A stretch of 64,000 nt of DNA, from the NCBI GenBank assembly GCA_964106645.2, contig OZ067042.1; one strand, written 5' to 3'. The position numbers and the translations under genes were made by a program. Every line of letters begins with the position of its first letter. Position 1 is the stretch's first letter. The notes under the pieces were generated by a model, which worked only from the letters and a program-made list of their open reading frames with translations, was not told where the DNA came from and ran no database searches. This DNA is from Podarcis pityusensis (Eukaryota). Shown here one piece after another: positions 26,801 through 38,800 of the stretch.

Positions 26801-29800
26801 TAAGTTTTAACCAATAATGGATCTTCAGATTCCATATCTGAGCGCCAACAGGGATTGCCCATCCTCCAGGTGGACAGCTGTGTTAGACACACAAGAAGGG
26901 ATCCCTAGCAGGCAGTGATAGAACTTAGTTTGGAATGATTCTAAGGGAGCAAGGTTTAAGAAGCTGCAGATCTGAGAGCCATATGTCAGTTGTTTTAATA
27001 TTTTTGCAGCAAAGACCTGGGAGGCTGCCGGAATATATTGGCCCCCTTTTCCGTAGAAAAACGTTATAATAGCTTTGGTAGATCTTTGGGCATTTACAAT
27101 AGTATTTTTAACCTGATAATGCCACCGGCCCTTTTCCTGGAAGGTTAAACCCAGGTATTTAAAAGATGATACCTGTTCAATAGGTTGATTGTCAATTCTC
27201 CATTTGTGTCTCATTCTTTTTTTAGAGAACACCATAACTTTCGATTTGCTATAGTTAATTGTTAATTGTTTGGCATTACAATAGACAGTGAGAGATATTA
27301 GAAGTTTTCTTAGGCCTACACAGGAGAAGGAAATTAGAACTGCATCATCCACATATAAGAGAACCGGGAGGATGTACTAGCCAATTTAGGGGGGTGTGCA
27401 TTTTCTTTCTCCATGTTTCCTACTAAGGAGTTAATATAGAAGTTGAATAAAGTAGGCTCAAGGACACAGCCTTGTTTAACACCACAGTAGGTTTGGATTT
27501 CCTTGGATAAATGGCCCTTTCAGTCACACCTAACCCGGACCCGAGTGTTTTCGTATAAACTGCGGATGAGACACAGTTTGAGGTGCTTAGTTTTTCCCAA
27601 AGCCTATCTCGCGATATTAAATCCGGCCTGACGGTCAATTTAATCCAGTCCCTGTGGCAGTTTATTTCCTGGGATAAGATCCCCAAAAAAGCTCAACAAC
27701 TTTACAACTTTGGTCAGCCCTCCCTCACACATGTTCACTTCATCAAATCTGGCCCTCTTAGAAAAAAGTTTGGGCACCCCTGGCCTAGGGGTTTACAAAG
27801 TTTGTTTGGCTTTAGTTGTCAATTAAAAAATGGTGGTTGCCAGGACTCTGTCCCTTCTCCAAGGGGCAGATTCCTGCCCTTGAAAGCATCATGCACGGCC
27901 AGGAACAATTTCCACTCTCCTAGGGTGGCAGATTGTTTCTGCAATTGTGCTGCATTCCCACTATGCTCCAAGTGCCTTGAAAGTGCATTGTGAAAAGGAG
28001 CCCCATTTGTTTTCTCCAACTTCTTTGTTCCTGGGAAACAGAATAGCTGCAGGACAGTCCCTGCAATCTCTCTCTTGTGGGTTTCAAGCTGGAGTGGAGT
28101 TCTGGGACTTTTTCTCCTGAGGTGCCTCAGAAATACAACGAAATAAGCAGCAGCCTTTCTCTCAACCTTGTAGTAAGAGAGGTAGGTGGGGATTGTCGGC
28201 ACAGTTGCACTCTAGTTACAAGGTTGGGAGGAAAGCTGGTAGTTGTTGCACTCACCAGGTGAGGATAGTGAGTGGAATTATCGACTCTTGTCCTGGTGTG
28301 CTAGAATGTGAGCTAGAGCATGTTGAAAAATTGTGTCCTGCTTGCATCCAGATGAAAAGTTTTGTACTGTATCCATTTTAGTAGTATCTCTGTGTTTCCA
28401 GTGTACTTTGTGTATGTGTTTAGAAATAATCCTACAGTTCTTTGCTTATAAGTACAAGGAAAGCTGTTCTATAAAGTACATATTTTTAGTATGGGAACAA
28501 CTGTGGTGTTTGCAAACTTCTGACCCTTCTTCAAAAAGTGGGAGTTTCTAGTTTAGGTTTTTAGACCCCATAATGTGTATGATTTGGCAGCTAACTGGGT
28601 AGCCTGTTGGACTATTAACACCCTTGATAGAATTGATGGCCATGTGATCAGTGGATGACCTGGTATGTTACGTAGCACACAGTTCCTTGAGGGGATAGTG
28701 CGCATGTGTTTCTGATGCTTTCCAATTACTTGTTATTTTCTCCAGTTTGCATGAGGCACAGTATTTTTATTATGGCTTCTATCATTTTGCCTAGTCTGCA
28801 GGATTTGATCTCACTGTTATCTAATAGATGCTGAAATCCATAATTTCTGGATGTGGAAACAAGATGTATCAGGTGGTTTCATATTTCTGTAGTCCTTTTG
28901 GGATGTTAGTGCATACTTCAGTCAGAAACACAGAAACAATGCTAATAGCATTCCCAAATCTAAAAGCAAACTTAGGTCAGTGGAAATATCCTCAGAGAAA
29001 GAAAAGGTTATTGTTTTGCTGCTATTAGATGAGGGTCACTGGAGTAGTCTGTTTCAGATAAAGTCATTTGGAAGTCCCTCCTGGGGAAAATAGGCTTGCA
29101 TAAGGCTTAATTTTTCTCCTAGGGGTTGTCTTGGCTTTGCATTACAGCTGAGAGAATTTATATGTATGTGGTGCTGTATAAAGCAGTTAGTATGATTTGA
29201 GAAAATAGTAGATTTTTTTCTGGTCAGTCTGGAGAGACATTAGAATTGCATGTATTTGTGTCATGCCTCCAACATTGCAAATCTTCTGTTGGAGGGTGTG
29301 GGGGATTTTCCTGTTTTTTATGTAAGCTGTGAGAGTCTTTTCATTTCAATCACACTGTTGCTGATCATACTCTTTTTTCCCCCAGAGCCTCGTGGGCTGC
29401 TAAATTGTTCCATTAAGTTAAGGAAATCTAATTGCATTGAGAGCGTATTCGTTGCTTATGACTTTAATGCTTGTCTATTAAAAAAAAAAAAACCCTCTAG
29501 TGTTGCTTACAAAAACATGGTTTTAAATATGCTTCAAGATTAGCAGAATATTTGCTGATGTCTTTATTTCTTATCCAGGTTCACCTTATTTATTTATTTT
29601 TTTTTTTTGCAAAATCATTAATCTGATTTATAGACAGTGCTCCTACCAGCATAGAATTTCAGTCCATTGCCCTGATTACTACCTCCAGTGGCTTTCTTTA
29701 TTCCCAGGTGACTCCATGAACTGCAGCAGTTTAGCAGTGGGTAGGGCTTTTCTAAATCTATGGATTCATTTCCTCTCTAGTTCCAACACCTAAGCATAAA

Positions 29801-32800
29801 GCTTTCTGGAAGCATAAAAACAAGTACTGCTGTCTGTTGAATCCTAAGGCAGAACATATAAATCTCTATAAATACGTGTATGTTTAAAGTGAAAAACAAT
29901 ATAATAGAATGAAACAAACACTTCTCTATAATCTGGATATGGCATGTTAAGACTAGGCATGAATCAAATTATCCTCCTTTTGCGATCTCTGAAACAGCGG
30001 TGGAGAACAGGATCTGATTGGGCAGGTGGGGGTTGAGATTGCTTTCTCCCCCGCCCTCATGGGCCACGTTTGACAGGTGGCTGGAGCCACCCATCGGCCA
30101 GTCACTTTCCCCTCAGGAATCTTATGACTTTAATGTCCCTTTCAAAGGGCAATCTTGCTCAGTACTTTGCATAGGGGTTTGCAGGCACTGTGGGTCAACT
30201 GATTGGTGGTGTTTGAAACCTCCTTTTGGAGCCAGATTTTTCACTGTCCCATGCTTGACGCCATATACGGCAGGTATAGGGCAGGTGGCTGTGGCTTGGT
30301 CTGCAGGCAGGAGGTTACCCACCCCTGCTGTAACAAAGTCTGTTCAGCTTGTTTTGTGGAAGGTCTCATTTCAAACCCCACCCAGACTGTGTTTTGCAGC
30401 GCTAACCATAATGCAGAACCCAGGCCATGGTTTGAACTTTAAAAATTATACAGGCAAGCTGCTTCTGTACAGCCAATCCTCCAGTCCTTGACTGCAGTGG
30501 CTTCTGAAGGTGGAACCATGGCCATAACTAGTTCAAAACCCATAGTTTGACAATTTTAACACCTCATGGTACCATACTTAAGCTTTCCAGTGTGATATCA
30601 GAATTGGTCTAAGGCATAGTAATCAGAATGGCAGTCAATTTTAGATCATGATTTCTTTCAGAATCTCATAAATCGTGATATTCTAGTGAGGGAAATGTTG
30701 AAGATGTGTGCATATAGGCAGTTAGGTTTTAGAAAATTAAGTATCCCACAATTGTATACATGTCTGTATGTATGCATGACTCCCATATAAGCTGGTGTAG
30801 GCTTTGCAGCCTTAGCCTGGTTTCATGTTGTGCTCCCCACTCCTGCCTACAAGCAATAAGAAAATCCAGATTTGGCAGGGTGTGTATTGGGGAAAGGAGG
30901 GAATGGAAGCTCCTTACTATGGTTTGGTAATCAGAACAAAGCACGTTTGTTAAACTGATACACTTACATAATTTCCATTAGTCTCTTTTTATTCAGTTAT
31001 AGCTATAGAAGGCCTTAAGTTCAATCCCTGGCATCTCCTGGTAGCACTTGGAAGGACACCTGTCTAAAATTTTGGTGAGCCACTGCCAGTCAGTGTAAAC
31101 AGAACTGAGCTACATGGGACAATGGGCATCTTCCTATGTTCCTTGAGCTATGTTCCTAGATGCTGTTTTAAAAGTCTGGGGAAATAAAAAAAAGTATTTA
31201 CGTAATGTAAAATATGTGCAGAGTTTACCTTCCTGGCAGGTACATTCCAAAGATGGGAAAAGGCTTCTGAAGAAGGCAGTCATAAGCTAGTCCCCAGGTC
31301 CTAAGCTGTACAGGGGTTTAATAGTAAGCACCAATACTGAAGGCACCAAGTAAATCCAGTCAGCTAATGTGAAGTGACAGCCATCTTGAAATTACCTGCT
31401 CATGTGATTTAATATGAAGTAAAACTAATTGCTTTTTTGTTGAACCTTATTTGTGACAGTTTGGTTACTTTTATTGTTTGGAATCTTATTATTATTACTA
31501 CTATTATAATATTTTTATTTATACCTTGCCTTTTTCATTGTTGGGACTCAAGGCACTTTACAGATAAAAAGTAGGAACTGCTAAAAAAGAAGAATCAATC
31601 ACTAACATACTATCATTAAAATATAATTAGACCTTGATAGTATTAAAACTATCTACATCTATGAAATCTGATTAAAATTTTCATGATAACAATATGTACA
31701 CTGCATGTAACTGAGTAAACCTTTAACATTACAGTGGTACCTCGAGTTACAAATGCCTCAGGTTACAAATGCTTCAGGTTACAAACTCCACTAACCTGGA
31801 AGAGTTACCTCGAGTTGAGAACTTTGCCCCAGGATGAGAATGGAAATGGTGTGCCAGCGGCGCAGCGGCAGCAAGAGGCCCCATTAGCGAAAGCATGCCT
31901 CTAGTTAAGAACAGTTTCAGGTTAAGAACAGACCTCCGGAACGAATTAAGTTCGTAACTAGAGGTACCACTGTATTTAAGCTCATGTCCTTAAAAAAAAA
32001 ATAACCCATGTTGCCAGTTTTAAAATGTTAATATGCTAGCTCATACAAAAATGCCAAGTTGATTTAAGATAGCTAAATAGTGATATCGTTTAATCACTGC
32101 AGTTACTGCAATACAAGCACCACCAGGTGGCGGAATTAGCCAAATGCTTCTGGTGAGAACTGGGGGTGAGAGGCTGAGCCCCTGTTCTGGTTAACTCTGT
32201 AGCTGCACAAAATGCAATGTGCTTGAAGTTCCACTTCTAGTCCTATAAATCCATGACCATCACAAAAAAACACAGCGGTGACCGGACCCAAAGTTGGTTA
32301 GCTTGGGCAAGGTAGTAGCCATCTGTCCCTTCATACCATATCCTGTGGAGATCACTTCAGAAACCTTGCAGTGCCTTTTCTCTTTTAGAGGAATTTCTAA
32401 AGTCAGGAATGGGATGATTGTGTGCTGAGAACTGTACAAGAGCCTAACTAACATTCATAGCTGTGGAACTGAAGGACAACCAAGATTCACCAGAGAACTG
32501 GGTAAAGTCGTTCCAAAAAAATAACTGTGTTTTGCCATAAGTAAAGGAAGACGCGGAACAAGGTGTTGACTGTTCTTGTAGAAAGCTTAGGCCTTGGGGG
32601 TATTAGAGACCTCACGGATACGATCTCCTAGCTGTGGCAGGCCCTTGCACCCAAAGTGGTAATGGGAAATTATGGTGCAGGACCAAATAGCCCTTTTAGG
32701 TGAAACAAAGCTCTGTTTATCTTAGTGTCTTCAAAGCTATCTCCTCATCTAATCAAGGTAATTATGTAGAAAGGTCAAAGGCCTTGAGTACATTGAACAG

Positions 32801-35800
32801 TCGTAAAGATTGTGTAAAAGAAAAGATCTGAAAGTGCAGAGGCCTGGGGGCAAAGCTATTCTGTTTATTAATTCTGCCCTGGGAGATGAAAAGGTTGTTT
32901 TTTTAAATGATTATACACCAAATAAGTGAACAGGTTCAGCTGCATATTGTTAATCTGTTGCTGCAGATAGCAGTGCCATGTTTGGAATATACATTCAGGA
33001 AGCACACTTTCCACAGATTAGGGTGTTGTTGTTTGGAGAGCCAGTGTGGTGTAGTGGTTAAGAGCAGTGGACTCGTAATCTGGGGAACCGGGTTCGCGTC
33101 TCCGCTCCTCCACCTGCAGCTGCTGGGTGACCTTGGGCCAGTCACACTTCTCTGAAGTCTCTCAGCCCCACTCACCTCACAGAGTGTTTGTTGTGGGGGA
33201 GGAAGGGAAAGGAGAATGTTAGCCGCTTTGAGACTCCTTAGGGTAGTGATAAAGCGGGATATCAAATCCAAACTCTTCTTCTTCTTCTTTTGTTCTCCCC
33301 CCTTTCCTAAGTTTAAATTTGTGAGAAATGTTCTCATCCCTCCCTCCATTTTAAGTGTTTTTGTGATGCAGAGCTGGGGGCATTATGCTATTCTGGGGTT
33401 TATGTTACAAGATACCAGTCTGTATTAGCCCTTTTTTCTTCTTTTAAAAACACTTTTCTACCTTTCCTCATGGATTAGACATGACTCATGTGGGACTGAG
33501 TTGGAGTTAGGCAAGAGTTAAGTTTTTCCAAACTGCAAAGTATTGCAACCAAGAAATCCAGGAAAAGAGGAGGAAGAGAATCAACAGAGAAAATAAAACA
33601 CACATAGCCAGGAAGGCAGGTGCACTCCCTCTTCAGCACTTACATTCTTGATCTATTAGAGCCGAAACCCTACTGACCGTGATAAATAACAACCAAATCC
33701 TCTTGAGTATGTGCAGTTTCTCATTTAAAATGTACTTAACTCATGGCACCATCATGACTACAGGAATAGCATTGTGTTTCCTTCTGCTGCCCTGGTGCTA
33801 AGCGCTTTTACTTGTGAGAAAACATCATTTATATTTTTAAAGTAAAAGTACAGTCATACCTCGGGTTACAGAGGCTTCAGGTTGCTCACCGGAATGGGTT
33901 ACTTCTGGGTTTCGGCGGTCGTGCATGCACAGAAGCGTTGAATTGCGACCCACACGTGTGCAGACACGGTGCTGCAGGTTGCGATCACTGCAGGTTGCAA
34001 ATGTGCCTCCCGCACGGATCACGTTTGCAACCCGAGTGTCCACTGTACTAAACTGAACATCTGTAATGTTGTGCATAGATTGGAAACTGTGTGTCTGGTT
34101 CAGTGGTGGTGTGATCCTGACATTACTAGGGTGGTTCTGAGTTGCTTTTATGCATGGCTGAAGAAAAGACACTTGAAATGTGCCAAGGCAGTCATATTTA
34201 AGGGGAGGGTCTTCACTTCAAGGATGCCAATAATAATTATTTTTTAATCGTTTCACAAAATGCCCAGTGTCTTGACTTCTGCCCTTTGAACTGCTCCTGA
34301 GTGAAGAAAGCCTTTGGTTCATACACGAGGATTTCAAAAAGGTCTGAAAGATGTCAGTTATTTGGGGTCTTGGATGTTGCTTTTCCTCCAGTCAATGACC
34401 CTCAGAGTGGCTTACAAAAGATTGAACATATTTAAATTTGTGTGTACATATGTGTAAAGAAAATTCCATTTTTTTTAGTCTTGCTGTGTTGTATCAGCTG
34501 TCAGAACACACAGATATGAAGTAGGTAAAGCTTTTCCTATACACACTTAGTAGGAACAAGTGTTGTTGAATTCATTGAGACTTTCTTCTGAGAGGATATG
34601 CATAGGGTGTACTGTCAGACGTCTTTTTTCTGGTTCTAGCTGTCTTACCTATTCCTCCCTTAGTCTGCTGAATTTAGCTTGTCTCTCTGCTAGCTTTTGG
34701 TAATTCCTGTCCTTGTGTCTGATAAAGTAGGTAAAGGTAAAGGGTTCCCTGACCATTAGGTCCAGTCGTGGCCGACTCTGGGGCTGCGGCGCTCATCTCG
34801 CTTTATTGGCCGAGGCAGCCGGTGTACAGCTTCCGGGTCATGTGGCCAGCATGACTAAGCTGCTTCTGGTGAACCAGAGCAGCGCACGGTAACGCCGTTT
34901 ACCTTCCCGCCGGAGCGGTACCTATTTATCTACTTGCACTTTGATGTGCTTTCGAACTGCTAGGTTGGCAGGAGCAGGGACCGAGCAACAGGAGCTCACC
35001 CCGTCGTGGGGATTCGAACCGCCGACCTTCTGATCGGCAAGTCCTAGGCTCTGTGGCTTAACCCACAGCGCCACCTGCGTCCCTGATAAAGTAGGTACTT
35101 GCCTCCAAAAGGCTCATAGTGCACTGAATTTATCTGTCCTTAAGATGACAGATGCTTCTCTGTATTTTGCGTTACCATCCTGTAATGGCAATTTTTCTTG
35201 AATTGTTGCTTTTCCCTTCCCAGTATTTGGCTCCGTTTAGGCACTGATAATAATCACTGAACTAAACCAAAGCTGTGAGCATAAGGTTGTTGTTAATGGG
35301 ATTGCAATTCCTTTGGTCCCAGATGTTTCAGTCTGTGCTGGTCTATCTCTCATATATGAACCAGTCTGTGCTAGACACTCCCCATAATGAGTGCTGCATG
35401 GTGGGTATGTATGTATGAGACATGGGTAGCTCTTTATTTAGAACGCTGTTCAACCAGGAGCATAGAAAACTGCTATACTGATGGACACTGGCACTAGATG
35501 GATACAGTATTGAATATATTGGCTTGTTTACTGTTTCCCTAACCATTGAAATAATGAAGGCTAATGTGTAAAATGTGACCATGACTCTCAGTATCTTGGG
35601 GGGGGGGGCTCTCATTTGTATGTGAGGCTACTGCACTGAAAGGAGGAGTGGACCTAGAGTCTCGTGGTTTAAATTGACAGGCACGTGTGTCCCCTGGCAT
35701 CATAAGACGGGCAAGACCTTTGCATGAAGCTGTGTTGGCTTTGCTGAGTCACTAAGCTAACCCATGATAACCCATGACTTTCCTTCTTCCCACTACAGTC

Positions 35801-38800
35801 TGTGAATCCTTATATAGTGAAGCTGTCCATCATAGATGATGAGGCCACCCTCAATGTGAGTATGATGGATTAAGTGCTGTGAGTATTGCACGCTATCCAG
35901 AGGACTAGGAATACAACAAGGAGCTGAACTGAATTAATTTTTTTTTAAATCCCAAGACATTTTCAGAAGCTCTGATTTCTGTGGATCATGACTGTAATAA
36001 TAATAATAATAATAATAATAATTTATTATTTATACCCCGCCCATCTGGCTGGGTTTCCCCAGCCACTCTGGGCGGCTTCCAAAAGAATATTAAAATACAA
36101 TGATACATCAAACATTAAAAGCTTCCCTAAACAGGGCTGCCTTCAGATGTCTTCTAAAAGTCTGGTAGTTGTTGTTCTCTTTGACATCTGGTGGGAGGGC
36201 GTTCCACAGGGAGGGCGCCACTACCGAGAAGGCCCTCTGCCTGGTTCCCTGTAGTATTCCACAATGTGTGAGAGAGGAATAAATCTATGATATACGTAAT
36301 GCAATAAAATATTTAATGAAGAAACAAAATGGGATCTGCAGCAATGTGAAGCCTCCACATGTTTTTCATGCCAAAGGGTATAGTCCTAATTTGGGGACAT
36401 AGCTTTTGCCTCCACCTATAGAACCGGTAATACAGAATTTTAGTTCCATTATTTTCATACCTTTCTTCCAGAGTACCCAAGGCAGCATAGATAGATAATA
36501 CTTTATTCGGCTATAAACCCACAAGGTAAAACAAATCAATAGATAAAAATCAATAGATAAAATCAATAGCATTTTACAATCTAAAATATCAACTAAAATA
36601 TTTCAACGCATAATCTCTAAATGTACCGTGTTATGGCCTTGAAGATAAAGATGGTGCATAGAGTTTACTGAATTTTTAATAGTCATGCAGCATTCCATGA
36701 AGTCTTTTATATGACAGAACTGAGATCAGGAATCTAGCAACCTGTAAAGTTCTATAAGAGTCAATGTCCTGGAGTAGATAAGCTAGATGTAATTCAGGTG
36801 GTTTAGCAGCAATTTCCAGAATGATTGAACTCAGGATCCTTGATCGGGGAACATTGTATAAGGGGCAATTAAACAAGATATGATAAAGGGATTCTATCGA
36901 TTTGTTGTCACATGCGCACAAAACAGAGATTTTACCATTAGAAAATCTATTGCTCAGCACATTTGAGGGGAACACATTAAATCTGGCTCTAACAAATGCG
37001 AATCTATGCGACGCAGCCGATAAAGTAGACAGATATCGAGGTATCTGGGACATAGATGTAATGCCCTGATATATCGGGGAACATGTACCTCCACCTGTGG
37101 TAAGATTTTGTTGTAAATCTACCTCCTCCAGTCTTTGTTTGATGACCTTTTTAGCTGTAATTAGATCTAAATTAAGTATATCGGAAGGAGAGATTCCATA
37201 AGACAACAGTTTGGAATGGATTTTTGTTGCCCATGGGCTGGTGAATTCATCTCTCCAAAGGCACTGAATAAGATGGTAGTTTGGCAATTTATGCCAAAGG
37301 GACAGCCAATAATTAAAGGCATGTCTCCACATCAGAATCTCAAGGGAGGGGGTCTTAAGTTCTAAGCGAATGGCAGAGTTGCTTACACAGGAGGGTAGTT
37401 TCAAAAGGCGTCTTAGAAAAAGATTTTGCAATGTCACCAGAGGCAAGAGGTTTACAAAGGCGCCCCATAAAGGGACCGCATAGGCCATAGTTGCAACCAC
37501 TTTTGCACTATAAACTTTTAAGGCGGATGGAACATGCATAGCCCCCTCAGTAAAGAAGAAGCATAGTAGAGCGTAGATAAGGGCTTTCACCTTGTTTTGT
37601 AAATATGTGATATGCGCTTTCCATCCCATATTATACTGGAAGTAAATTCCTAGATATTGAAATTTGTAAACTTGTTCAATTGGCTTCCCCTCAAGTTCCC
37701 ATCTATACAGTTTACGACTCCTGGAAAAAATTAGGACTTTAGATTTGGAATGGTTAATAGTAAGTAAATTTGTTTGGCAATATGATGCAAAAATCTTAAG
37801 GGCCCTCCTCAAACCGATTCGAGAATAAGAGAGGATCACCGCATCGTCAGCGTACAATAATAAGGGGCAGCGATAGTCTGCAAGCCTGGGTGCATGAATG
37901 GAGGTTTGGGCCTCAGCTAGGGGCGTCCTCATGTCACTAATATAAAGGTTAAAAAGATAGGGGGCAAGGATACACCCTTGTCGTACCCCCTTGTTTATTG
38001 GAACTGAGTTTGTGAGATCGCCCTCAGGTGTTAACCTCACCCTAGCGGCCGTCCCTTCATGTAATTTAATCAATAGCCACAACAGCCTTTTTTCTATGCC
38101 CCACTTTGCCAGTTTTTCCCATAACAGCTCTCTAGAGATACTGTCAAAAGCCGTCAAGGCAGCATACATAGCTCTCTTCCCACCATAATTTTATACCTTC
38201 AGCAACCTGTAAAATAAATTAAGTCCGGGGGGAGGGGAGTGCCGTTGCCCCCCAAGTGAGCTTCAAGGTTGCATAGTGATTTGAACCTGGGCCTTCCAGT
38301 TCTAATCTGATATTCTTAGCACAACAAAAGACTGGCTTACTTGAAATGAGTTTTACATGCAGAGGGACATGCAGATATGACCTTGTCAGATAATGACAGA
38401 AGCCTGACCCCTGTAGCTTATATGGATATAGTGCTATAAATTATTGGGGGTAATTTGGAGAACAAGCTTTTGGGGGGCAAAGGGCTCTGTCTCTGCTCTG
38501 CACTTGCTGTGCGGCTGTAATCTGTAGGGAGTAGAACTCAACATCTTGCTCTGTTTTTACAGGGAATGGGTCTTGTAGTTGCTCAGGCTTTATCAGAATA
38601 CAACCGGTAAGTCAAGTTAAGGCATATCTTTTTTTTACAGCAGCAAAAGGAGTTAACATCCCCTTCTGAGAAAACTTGCTGATGTGCCTGTCAGCTGCTT
38701 GCTTCGGCTGCCTGAAAATGTCTAGATCTTTGAGACGTTGTATTCCTGCTGTCATTCCAATCAGTAAATCTGTTTTTGGCCTTGCGTAGTAGAGGTTTGG

